A DNA stretch of 64,000 nucleotides from Planctomycetota bacterium (lineage in GTDB: Bacteria > Planctomycetota > GCA-002687715 > CAIWVZ01): NCBI GenBank assembly GCA_044222185.1, contig JBGANV010000009.1:128001-192000 (forward strand), written 5' to 3'. This document shows positions 19,737 through 28,760 of this stretch, in pieces. Made by a program: the position numbers and the translations under genes. A model generated the notes under the pieces. That model saw only the letters and a list, made by a program, of their open reading frames with translations, did no database searches and was not told the origin of the DNA. Within the stretch, counting starts at the first letter, position 1, and every line of letters begins with the position of its first letter.

Positions 19737-20837
19737 TCAGGGCGCGACGGTCAGCGCGACGCGGAACCCGATGTCGTACGCACGACCTGCGCGATCGTAC
19801 GAGCGCCGGAACGCGGAGCGTGCGCAAACGGCGCGCTCGGTGAAACTGCCGCCGCGAAGCATGCGAAGCGTGGAACGCGCGTCGGCCGACGCTGTGCCAT
19901 CGGTCGGGGTGTGTTCGTAACTGGCCTGCCACGCGTCTTCGCACCACTCCCAGACGTTGCCGTGGACGTCGAAGAGACCCCAGGGGTTCGGACGCTTCAG
20001 TCCCACGGGCTTGAGCGAGCATCCCCACGCCGCGAGCGTCTCCGTGTCAGGCGTGAGGGTGTCCGGCGGGAGGCGATCCTTGCCGGAATTCAGGAAACAC
20101 CAGCCGAAGTCGTCGAGGAGCGCCGGATCGTCGCCGAAACTGTAGGCCGTCGTCGTTCCGGCCCGGCACGCGTACTCACGCTCGGCCTCGGTCGGGAGAC
20201 GTCCACCGATCCATGCGCAGAACGCCCGCGCCTCGTCCCAGTTCACGCCGACGACGGGTTGCATCGCGTCGTCGTACCGGCTGTCGTAGAAACCACCGGG
20301 CCTGGGCGTGCCCGGCCCTTCGTCGACGTACATCCGCATCTGCGAATTCGTGACCGCTGTTTGCCCGAGAAGGAACGGTCGTACGGACACGCGGTGAACG
20401 GGCTTCCCGTCGAAGAGGTCCGTGCCTCCCATCTCGAACGTTCCGCCGGGGATGAGGACAAGACCGATCGTCGTCGCGGCGAGCCGCTCGGGGGGCAGAG
20501 GATTCGACGTCGGCAACGTCAGCGCGAATTCCTCCAGACCGGTCGACGGCTCTTCGCCGCACGGCATGATCCGAGGGTTTGCGCGCAGGTTGGCGAGCAG
20601 GGCGTCGATGTCCTGCAGGTCGTACACCGCGCTCCGCTCGAGCCGCTGCTGCAGCTCTTTCCACGCATCCAACGGGGCACTGGACGAACTCGGGCGCGGC
20701 AAGTTTTCGAGGACGATGAGCGCGGCGACGGTGGCCAGCAACATCCACGTGAGTCTGCGAGCGGAACCCGGCCGCCAGCCCCTTGCGCTGCGGCTCGCCT
20801 CCTCGCTCGAAGACAGTGTGCGGTCGACTGGCGCCAT
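19737..20837 (-). CDS. Membrane-anchored FGE-sulfatase (SUMF1/EgtB/PvdO) domain protein
   Basis: LIPGGTFEMG, PVVGVNWDEARAFC, RLPTEAEREYACRAG, PNPWGLFDVHGNVWEW, RGGSF...GFRV. Confidence 0.92.
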   Translation of the reverse strand: MAPVDRTLSSSEEASRSARGWRPGSARRLTWMLLATVAALIVLENLPRPSSSSAPLDAWKELQQRLERSAVYDLQDIDALLANLRANPRIMPCGEEPSTGLEEFALTLPTSNPLPPERLAATTIGLVLIPGGTFEMGGTDLFDGKPVHRVSVRPFLLGQTAVTNSQMRMYVDEGPGTPRPGGFYDSRYDDAMQPVVGVNWDEARAFCAWIGGRLPTEAEREYACRAGTTTAYSFGDDPALLDDFGWCFLNSGKDRLPPDTLTPDTETLAAWGCSLKPVGLKRPNPWGLFDVHGNVWEWCEDAWQASYEHTPTDGTASADARSTLRMLRGGSFTERAVCARSAFRRSYDRAGRAYDIGFRVALTVAP

Positions 20838-20968
20838 CGATCATCCTTGGGGCGAGCGCAGTCTACCCGCGCGTCTTGCGTCGTCCCGACAATGTTTTGC
20901 CCGTCCGTCGCATCCTTGAGAACTTCAGGGCCAATCGCTTCCAAATGCTCGATCAAGGAGTCGCGCGC

Positions 20969-21766
20969 ATGAGATCAATCGCCGTCGTCGTCGGAGGGCT
21001 GCTCGTTTGCGCGTCGGCGCACGCCCAACAACCGGAATCCAGACCGGACGTCGACAAGCTGCTCGACAAGCTCACGTTCACGAAGGACAAGGCAAGCCTG
21101 CCGTATCGACTGCTCAAGCCGGATGGATACACGAAGGATGGGAAGGACCGTCATCCGTTGGTGGTGTTCTTGCATGGCAGCGTCGGACGCGGGAACGACA
21201 ACAAGAGCCAGATTCGGAGCGGCGTCGATGAGTTCTTCACGGACGCGATGCGCAAGAAACACCCGTGCTTCCTGGTGCTCCCGCAATGCCCGACCAAGCA
21301 ACTGTGGTTCAACGTCGATACGAAAGACGTGAAGGCCAACATGCCGCTGCCCGAGCATCCCACCGAGCCGTTGGCTCTCGTGATCGACCTGATCGACGCG
21401 CTCGTCAACGAATACCGCGTGGACAAGGATCGGATCTATCTGACGGGCCTGTCGATGGGCGGGTATGGCACGTGGGATTTGATCTCGCGCAAACCGGAAC
21501 TGTTCGCGGCGGCGGTTCCCATCAGCGGCGGTGGCGACCCGGCACAGGCGGAGAATTTCGCCAAGATGCCCATCTGGGCCTTCCACGGCGACGCGGACCG
21601 GCTCGTTCCGATCGAGCGGACTCGCGACATGATCGCCGCCGTGAAGAAGGCCGGCGGCACGCCGAAGTTCACGGAGTACAAAGGCGTCGGCCACGACGCA
21701 TGGACCGCGACCTACAAGAACCCCGAAGTGCTCGACTGGATCTTCGAGCAGATGAAGGGGAAGTAG
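20969..21766 (+). CDS. Exported alpha/beta-hydrolase (phospholipase/carboxylesterase or predicted peptidase)
   Basis: AAGGAG SD; signal peptide ...SAHAQ; LPYRL, VFLHG, GLSMGG nucleophile, FHGDAD, GVGHDAW. Confidence 0.9.
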   Translation: MRSIAVVVGGLLVCASAHAQQPESRPDVDKLLDKLTFTKDKASLPYRLLKPDGYTKDGKDRHPLVVFLHGSVGRGNDNKSQIRSGVDEFFTDAMRKKHPCFLVLPQCPTKQLWFNVDTKDVKANMPLPEHPTEPLALVIDLIDALVNEYRVDKDRIYLTGLSMGGYGTWDLISRKPELFAAAVPISGGGDPAQAENFAKMPIWAFHGDADRLVPIERTRDMIAAVKKAGGTPKFTEYKGVGHDAWTATYKNPEVLDWIFEQMKGK

Positions 21767-22112
21767 GGGCAGTGGGCACGAGTCGCCGGCGGGAGTGACT
21801 TTCTACGCCAGGGTCGTGCGGCGGCGCCGACCCGAACCGGCCGGGTCAGGTCCTGAGCTACCTCTTTCGGACTGATGCGCCCGGCTTGCCCGTGACCGCG
21901 CGAGGACGGCGTCGGCATCCGCGAGGCCGGAAGTGATGCCGCACCGAGGCTGCCGTTGCCGGCGATCTCGCGGCATGCGGCCCCCGAAGCGAAGGCCGCG
22001 GACCTCGGGGCGTGGCGCGGAGGCTGCACGGAGATCTGAAGGTCGTGGCCGGACGTGCGGCTTGCGGACCCGCCGGATGCAATTCCGCGCAACACACCAC
22101 GTAGCGATGACG

Positions 22113-23768
22113 TCAATCGGTGACGCTGAGAGCGAGGCGGAAACCGATGAGGGGGGCCTCGAACTGGCCCACCCACGGCGTGCGGGCCCCGGACCGGCAC
22201 CAGTCCGCGCCGGTGATGTAGGCTCCCCCGCGGACGACGTGATAGCGAGTCCTTTCGTCGCGCGAACTGCCGTCAGGCGTCGGAGCGTTGAGCTCAATGA
22301 GCTCCGCAGTGTCGTCGCACCACTCGAATGCGTTGCCGTGCATGTCCTTCAGCCCCCAGGCGTTGGCGCGCCTCTCGCCGACTTCATGAAGCTCGCAACC
22401 GGAGTTGGCGGAATACCACGCCACGTGCGCGAGGTCGTCGCGCGTATCGCCCGAGCTGTAATGGGTCGTCGTGCCCGCGCGGCACGCGTGCTCCCATTCG
22501 AACTCGTCGGGAAGGTGGCCACCGAGCCATGCGCAGAAGGCCTGGGCGGTCTTCCAATCCACGCCGGTGACGGGCTGGTTCGGCATGCGACTGTACCGAT
22601 GATCCCAGGAGTTGGGGCTCGGAACGTCGGGCACGTTCTCCACATAGACTCGAAAACGCGAGTTTGAGACCTCCGTGCGCGAGATGAGGAACGGATCGAT
22701 ACCCGCACGGTGCTCGGGGCCGGCCGACTGTGGCTCCAGCCTCTCGAGGGCGACCGTTCCGCCCGGGATCAGCACGAGATCCAGGGCCATCTCAACGCGG
22801 GTTTCCGCTTCGCTCGGCCTCGATCCCGGCAAACGGAGCTCGAATTCCTCCAGGCCCGTCGACTCGTTGATGCCGCGCGGCGTGAGGTCAGATCTCTCCC
22901 GGAAGCGCGCAAGCGCCGCGTCGCGGCCCCGCAGATCGTATTTCGGGTTCCGCTCGAGGCGCTGCAGCAACTGCTTCCACGCGTCCGACGTCGGGCTCGA
23001 CGTCGTCCGGCGCGAGTCTGGCTTCGGGGGGCGAGGCCGCATCTGCGGGCGGTCCGGTCGAGGCTTCATCGACGTGGGGGGCTGTCGGGTCGGGCGCGCG
23101 TTCTCTTCCGACGAGAACAATGCATCGCCGATGACCAGTGCGAGGGATGCGAGCACGACCCAGGTCAAGACGCGACTCTGCGGTTGCCGGCTCCGCACCG
23201 GTGGATGTGTCCCACGTGCGGGCGCCATCGTCGGTGCGGCAGACCTCGCCCGTCGCTCGCGTGCGTGCGCGTCGGGCGCGCAACCCAATCCGGTGAGAGC
23301 CTCGCGCACGAGCGGGCCCACGGACTCCGGAGTGGTGAAGGTCAACGGATTGCCGTTCGTCGGCTGCGGTCCGGGTTGAATGACGCCTGTCGCGGCCGTT
23401 GGAGTGGCGGGCGGAGGCTCGGCGGCGCCTGGACCTGCCGGCGCTCCGCCCGAATGCAGAGTCACGACCGGGATCTGGGCCGCGCGCGCATCGTCGAGCA
23501 ACGACCCAAAGACATCCCCGGGCTCATCGCCGGTTCGGGGTTCGCTCGAATGGCGGTAATTCGCGAGCACGACGACCGCATCGCAGGCACGCAGCTTCAC
23601 GCGACAGGCGTCGACGCCGGAACTCGCCGTCGAACCCATGCCCTCTTCGTTGGCCAGCACCCACCCGAGCTGACGCGCGGCGGTGCGCGCAACGCGCGCG
23701 TGGCTCGCGAGGTTCTCGCCGTCGTAGAGGATCAGGACACGCCGGTTGGGTCGTGGAACATCGTTCAC
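22113..23768 (-). CDS. Degenerate DUF4062-like N-terminal domain + TM + FGE-sulfatase domain protein
   Basis: GTG 23768 with GAGGAGG SD and TATACT upstream; RVKLRACDAVVVLANYRH...ARAAQIPVV; TM VLTWVVLASLALVIG; NAWGLKDMHGNAFEW, RGGAY, IGFRL. Confidence 0.8.
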   Translation of the reverse strand: MNDVPRPNRRVLILYDGENLASHARVARTAARQLGWVLANEEGMGSTASSGVDACRVKLRACDAVVVLANYRHSSEPRTGDEPGDVFGSLLDDARAAQIPVVTLHSGGAPAGPGAAEPPPATPTAATGVIQPGPQPTNGNPLTFTTPESVGPLVREALTGLGCAPDAHARERRARSAAPTMAPARGTHPPVRSRQPQSRVLTWVVLASLALVIGDALFSSEENARPTRQPPTSMKPRPDRPQMRPRPPKPDSRRTTSSPTSDAWKQLLQRLERNPKYDLRGRDAALARFRERSDLTPRGINESTGLEEFELRLPGSRPSEAETRVEMALDLVLIPGGTVALERLEPQSAGPEHRAGIDPFLISRTEVSNSRFRVYVENVPDVPSPNSWDHRYSRMPNQPVTGVDWKTAQAFCAWLGGHLPDEFEWEHACRAGTTTHYSSGDTRDDLAHVAWYSANSGCELHEVGERRANAWGLKDMHGNAFEWCDDTAELIELNAPTPDGSSRDERTRYHVVRGGAYITGADWCRSGARTPWVGQFEAPLIGFRLALSVTD

Positions 23769-24050
23769 GGACCAGCCCTCCTCGGAATGGCGGCAGTATA
23801 GCGGGATGCACGGCGCACACAGCCCATTCCGCCGATGTTGCGCGCATGGCGGTGGCGGCGGAGGTCGGCGGTTTTCTGGCGGGCTCGCGTGGGATGCGCG
23901 CGGCCTCGATGCCACGCGGACGCCGCCCGTTGCCAGAACGGGTACAGGGGGCTCGAGCGGGCGACGCCAGAGGCCTCGCCGTCCGGCCATGGCCCTCGTA
24001 GGACTCGGGACCCTGGCGCTCCGGGCGGACGCGAGAGGTTTGCGCTCCGG

Positions 24051-25823
24051 TCAGAGCGGCGGCCGTTCCTTCCACACGCCCAGTTCTTTTTCGAGGGCGG
24101 TGCCGAGGCGGGCGATGGTGCCTTCGTCCCAGTGCTTGCCCCAGATCGTGATGCCGTGGGGAACGCGGGCGCGGCGGCGGGACTCGGGTGATGACTCGGC
24201 GCGCGAATCGCTTCGCGACTCGGCGCGGCGATCGCGACTCTCGCGTTCGAGGAAGCCGGTGCGGAGCGTGAGGGAAGGGTGACCGGTGGCGTTCGTGATG
24301 AGCAACATGGAGCCGACGAAGCTCGGGCCGAGCAAGACGTCGACGGGCGCGAACACCTTCTGCATTGCCTCCATCACCTCGCGGCGCAGGCGATCGGATT
24401 GGACGAGGTCGATGGCGGAGATGAACCGCGACGCGCGGAACGTGTTGGGCCAGGCCTCGGGCGCCTGCCACGAGAGTTGATCGTCCTTGTTCTCGAGCGT
24501 GAGCTCTTCGAATGCGGCAGCGGCCTCGGCGTGAAGAGGCGTGAGCAACGCATCGTAGGGCAGCTCGGGCAGCTCGAGCTCCACGATCTCGGCACCGAGC
24601 GTCTTGACGGCATCGAGCGCGACCCGGTCGAGGGCATTGGCTCCGCGCCCCGAGAACCACCCCTTGCCGATACCGACCTTCATGCCCTTCACCGTCGCAC
24701 TCCCGTCGAACGCGAGGCCCGCATCGACGGAAGACGGATCGGCGGGATCCGCTCCCGAGATCGCCGCGAGCACGAGCATCGTGTCCTCGACGGTGCGACA
24801 CAGCGGTCCGACCTTGTCGAGAGTCCAGCACAGCGCCATGGCGCCGGCTCGCGACACGCGCCCGAACGTGGGCCGCAGCCCGGTGACCCCGCAGCGCATG
24901 GACGGCGACACGATCGACCCCAACGTCTCGGTCCCGAGCGCAAACGCCACCAGCCCCGCGGCCGTGGCGGACGCCGATCCCGCACTCGACCCGCTCGATC
25001 CCTCATCCGTGTTCCACGGGTTGCGCGTCTTGCCGCCGTACCAGATGTCGCCGTAAGCCAGTGCGCCGAGAGCGAGCTTGGCGATGAGGACGGCGCCCGC
25101 CGCATCGAGCTTGCGCACGACCGCCGCGTCCTCCTTGGGCACGCGCCGCTGGAACGGCTCGGCGCCCCAGCCCGTGACGACGCCCGCGGTGTCGAAGAGG
25201 TCCTTCGCACCCCACGGGATCCCGTGCAGCGGTCCGCGCCACCGCCCCGCAGCCAACTCCTTGTCGAGTGCGTCAGCCCGCGCCAGCGCCGCGTCGCGCA
25301 TCAGCGTGACGGTGCACAAGAGCGAGCCGCCGATCCGCGCGAGCCTCTCGAGATAGATCGCGCTGAGCTTGCGGCACGTGATCTGTCGCGTGCGAATCCA
25401 ATGGGACAGCGACGTGACGGGAGCGAACGCGACGTCTTCGTCCAACTTGGGGAGCGGCCCGGGGTCTACGGTCGAGAAGATCGGTGATGCTGGTGGAGCT
25501 GGTGGCGTCAGCACGCGAAAGACCGTCGCCGGTGCCAGCGAGTCCTTGAGCGAATGCGATCGCCGCCTCACGCCGCGCGCCACGTGCTCGTCGATGACGC
25601 GCAGGATCTGCTCGCGCTCACCGGGTGTGTAATTCACCGCGGCGAGTTTCTCCGCTTCGGCCAACGTCTCGACGGTGATGCCCGAGCGCGCGGGCGCCGC
25701 ATCTTGAGGCTGGGGCTCGGCGTCGTCGCCGCGGAGCAACGTCAATTCGCCAGCGATGAGGGCGGCCGGTGCCGTGAGGAGGAAGGCGCGGCGTGAGGGA
25801 GCCGCGCGTTTGGCGTCAGTCAT
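24051..25823 (-). CDS. Amidase-signature family amidase with Tat signal
   Basis: SRRAFLL; GPLHGIPWGAKDL, GSSGSSAGS, LGTETLGSIVSPS (Ser-cisSer-Lys triad). Confidence 0.93.
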   Translation of the reverse strand: MTDAKRAAPSRRAFLLTAPAALIAGELTLLRGDDAEPQPQDAAPARSGITVETLAEAEKLAAVNYTPGEREQILRVIDEHVARGVRRRSHSLKDSLAPATVFRVLTPPAPPASPIFSTVDPGPLPKLDEDVAFAPVTSLSHWIRTRQITCRKLSAIYLERLARIGGSLLCTVTLMRDAALARADALDKELAAGRWRGPLHGIPWGAKDLFDTAGVVTGWGAEPFQRRVPKEDAAVVRKLDAAGAVLIAKLALGALAYGDIWYGGKTRNPWNTDEGSSGSSAGSASATAAGLVAFALGTETLGSIVSPSMRCGVTGLRPTFGRVSRAGAMALCWTLDKVGPLCRTVEDTMLVLAAISGADPADPSSVDAGLAFDGSATVKGMKVGIGKGWFSGRGANALDRVALDAVKTLGAEIVELELPELPYDALLTPLHAEAAAAFEELTLENKDDQLSWQAPEAWPNTFRASRFISAIDLVQSDRLRREVMEAMQKVFAPVDVLLGPSFVGSMLLITNATGHPSLTLRTGFLERESRDRRAESRSDSRAESSPESRRRARVPHGITIWGKHWDEGTIARLGTALEKELGVWKERPPL

Positions 25824-25968
25824 GGTGCGCTCGCAACTGTGTCCCGTGAAACTGTCCGTGGGACGGCACTCTAATGGATGGGAACCTGTCCGGATATCCC
25901 GTGCGCAGATCTTCCCACTGCAACCCAGGGGCTCGAAGCGTATGCTCGCGAGTGAAAAGGAGGCGATC

Positions 25969-26274
25969 ATGTCGCACGACGCTGAACTGATCACGGTCGA
26001 GCGCGCTCCCAGTACGGCGCTGGCGGAGCGGTGGGTGAGCCTTCTCGCGGTCGCCGGAATCGACGCCTTCATGGAGCCCTACTCGACGGACGAGTCCGTC
26101 TCCGGCGAGATCTACACGGAGTTCTGCGGTGTGGAGGTCAAGGTCCGCCGATCGAATGCCGATCAGGCGCGCGCCCTGCTGGGCGAGGCGCACGCCGCCG
26201 GGCGGATCTTGAAGGAGCTGTGGGAGAAGAAGGAGAAGCACGAGCGCGAGCATCACGCGCACGGCTCTGCGTGA
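25969..26274 (+). CDS. Small DUF2007-like (putative signal-transducing) protein
   Basis: AAGGAGG SD; AERWVSLLAVAGIDAF...GVEVKVRRSNADQARALL. Confidence 0.75.
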   Translation: MSHDAELITVERAPSTALAERWVSLLAVAGIDAFMEPYSTDESVSGEIYTEFCGVEVKVRRSNADQARALLGEAHAAGRILKELWEKKEKHEREHHAHGSA

Positions 26275-26281
26275 CGCGCGG

Positions 26282-27472
26282 TCAGGCGAGCGGCGTGATC
26301 TCCGCTGGCACGATGCGCGTCGGCGACGGGTGTCGCAGGTGCTTCAGCGCCTGGGCGACGAGCCGCCGGAAGTCGAGCGTCATGCGGACGTCTCCGTCGT
26401 CCAGGTTGGCGAGGTCCGGATGGTCTCCGATCACGCCCGCGGGCACGTCGCCACCGAAGACGAATGCGGGCGCGGCCGAGCCGTGATCCGTGCCGCGGCT
26501 GCCGTTCTCCGCCGTCCGGCGCCCGAACTCCGAGTAGACGATGACGAGCACGCGCGAGCCGAGTTTGCGCGCGGCGATCGCTCGCGCGAATGCGCCGAGC
26601 GACGCGTCGACGTCGGCGAGCAGAGTTCCGTGCACCTCCGCTTGCTGGGCATGAGTGTCGAATCCGCCCGTTCGCACGAAGATCGCCGGCACGGACAGCC
26701 CGCCGATGATCAGGCGCAGCGCGTCGGCGAGCTTTTCGCCCAAGGGCGATCCGGGGAATTCGTCGCCGCGGAGATCCATGCGGGCGACGTCGTCGAGGCG
26801 GTCGAGAAGGCGACGCGCCGACGCCGCCGTGGCGCGATCGACGGCCGAACCCCAGCTGGCATCGAGCTTCTCCAGCGCCTGCGAGCGCATGCGGTCGCGG
26901 AGCGATGCCGCCGGAAGCAAGTCGTGTAACGACTCGCAAGCGGCGGTGGGCCGATCACTTCCTTGGAGGACGCGCGGCAGCGCGCGGTCACCGAGGCAGA
27001 GTCCTGGCAGCGGCGCGGCCGCGGCCGTGAGGTCATGCAGTGCGCGGCCAAGCCACCCTTCCTCCTTCGGCGTGCGCGCGACGCTCGCCGTGTGCCAGCG
27101 ATCGAGCGAGAGGAAGTGGCTGCGGTCCGCATCGGGCATGCCGACGCCTTGCACGACCGTGAGGCCGCCATCGCGAAATAGCCGCGACAGGCGGCCGAGC
27201 TGGGGGGCAAGTCCGACGACGTCATCGAGCTTGTGGACGGCGTCCGCGGCGATGCGCAGCGACGGTCGTGCCCGGTGGTATCGATCGTCGGCGAACGGCA
27301 CGACGGTGTTGAGTCCATCGTTGCCGCCCGTCAGTTCGACGAGGACGAGCGTGCGATCGTCATCGGTGCGAAGACCTGCGAGCCCGCGCACGAGCGCGCG
27401 CAGCGGCCCATCCAGCAGAACGCCGCCCATGGCCAGCGCCGTCGTGCGAAGGAAATCCCGTCGATGGAGCAT
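26282..27472 (-). CDS. DUF1501 family protein (Tat-exported)
   Basis: HRRDFL; LVLVELTGGNDGLNTVVP, RSHF, GGFDTHAQQ, SEFGRR..ENGSRGTDHG. Confidence 0.93.
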   Translation of the reverse strand: MLHRRDFLRTTALAMGGVLLDGPLRALVRGLAGLRTDDDRTLVLVELTGGNDGLNTVVPFADDRYHRARPSLRIAADAVHKLDDVVGLAPQLGRLSRLFRDGGLTVVQGVGMPDADRSHFLSLDRWHTASVARTPKEEGWLGRALHDLTAAAAPLPGLCLGDRALPRVLQGSDRPTAACESLHDLLPAASLRDRMRSQALEKLDASWGSAVDRATAASARRLLDRLDDVARMDLRGDEFPGSPLGEKLADALRLIIGGLSVPAIFVRTGGFDTHAQQAEVHGTLLADVDASLGAFARAIAARKLGSRVLVIVYSEFGRRTAENGSRGTDHGSAAPAFVFGGDVPAGVIGDHPDLANLDDGDVRMTLDFRRLVAQALKHLRHPSPTRIVPAEITPLA

Positions 27473-27473
27473 C

Positions 27474-28760
27474 TCAGCACCTCTGGAAATCGGGATGGGC
27501 GAGGATCAGTCCGATCGCAAGCGCGCGTGCATCGTCGCCGGCCTCACGCGCCGCGGCGAGGATCACGCCCGCCTGGTCGTCGGCGAGCATCAGGGCGAAC
27601 TCGTCGTGTGCGACGGCGATCAGCGACGACGTCGACTCGAGGGCGCGCTGCGCGAGCGTGCTCACGGCGTCCACGGTGCGGACGGCCTTCACCGCGGAGT
27701 CGAACGTGAACGAACGGCGCGCAAGCAGCGTGGCGGGGTTGATCCACGACGCGCCGCCCGCATAGCCCTTTACCGTCGGCGGATCGAGAAGCGACTGCCC
27801 CATGCGCTGACACGCGCGTGCGAGCTCGCGGGGAGCGGTGCGGGGGCCGAGATGGCGGGTCGTCGCCACGACGAGCGCCGCGGGGGTTCGCGTGACAGCG
27901 AAGCGGTGGCGCGGCGCGAAGAACGTGTCCGATCGCAGGATCTCCGAGACGATCGCGCCGACGTGGCCGTCGTGCTCGCGCCAGCTCGTGGCGATCTCGT
28001 CGACGACGGCATCGTCCGGCGCGTCCGCGACGAACTGTCGGGCGAACTTGCGCGCCATGAACGTCGCCGTCGCGGGATGCGTGCACGTGATCGCGACGAC
28101 GGCATCGCCATCGAGCCGCCGGCGAATCCCCAGCACGCGTTTCTCGCCATCGTCGTGTGACGCGGCGGAGAATTGGAAACGCCCCGCCCGCAGATGCCAA
28201 CCGGTGAACGCCCGCGCCGCCTCCTGGATGTCGCGCTCGGTGTAGGGGCCCACTCCCATGGTGAAGAGCTCGAACAGCTCGCGGGCGAAGTTCTCGTTGG
28301 GCTCGGACTTGGTGGAGCGCTCGGAGTCGAGGTAGCGAACCATGGCGGGATCGCGCGCGACGGCGGACGTCAGCTGCTGGAACGGGCCCAGTCCCTTGGC
28401 GCGGAAGGTGGCCATCTGATCGAGCATCATCCGGCCTTCGCGCACCTTCGAGAGGGCGCTCACGAAGTGGTTGTGCCAGAAATGGACGAGCAGCTCGCGC
28501 AGCGGCTCGGCGGTCGTCGTGGCATGGAGGAGGAAGGCGCCCGCGAGGAGGTCGCGCTCATCCGACGTGCGCACGCTCGATTCGACGCGGTCGGCCTCCG
28601 GGTTGGCGGCTGGGGCGGCGCCGCCCAAGAGGCGGGCGATCGTCGCGTCGAGGCCGGATTCGACCGCGCGGGTGACGTCGGACGACGTCGCCGACCAGGA
28701 CGCGCGTCGCAGGAGGTGCGCCGCTTCGTCGCGACCGAATGGGCCCGCGAAGGGCTTCAT
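27474..28760 (-). CDS. DUF1800 family protein
   Basis: AAHLLRRA, FWHNHF, DPAMVRYLD, PNENFARELFELFTMG, YTERDIQEAARAFTGW, PPTVKG. Confidence 0.93.
   Translation of the reverse strand: MKPFAGPFGRDEAAHLLRRASWSATSSDVTRAVESGLDATIARLLGGAAPAANPEADRVESSVRTSDERDLLAGAFLLHATTTAEPLRELLVHFWHNHFVSALSKVREGRMMLDQMATFRAKGLGPFQQLTSAVARDPAMVRYLDSERSTKSEPNENFARELFELFTMGVGPYTERDIQEAARAFTGWHLRAGRFQFSAASHDDGEKRVLGIRRRLDGDAVVAITCTHPATATFMARKFARQFVADAPDDAVVDEIATSWREHDGHVGAIVSEILRSDTFFAPRHRFAVTRTPAALVVATTRHLGPRTAPRELARACQRMGQSLLDPPTVKGYAGGASWINPATLLARRSFTFDSAVKAVRTVDAVSTLAQRALESTSSLIAVAHDEFALMLADDQAGVILAAAREAGDDARALAIGLILAHPDFQRC

Noticed and set aside
21767-22112. ncRNA (SRP-like GTCAGGTCC) in the 345-bp convergent gap
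   Set aside because: Lacks the following GGAAGGAAGCAGC core and has no other recognisable RNA family features.
19558-23768. Diversity-generating retroelement targeting the FGE domains
   Set aside because: No reverse transcriptase, and no adenine-variant template repeat of either 3' end was found in nearby intergenic DNA.
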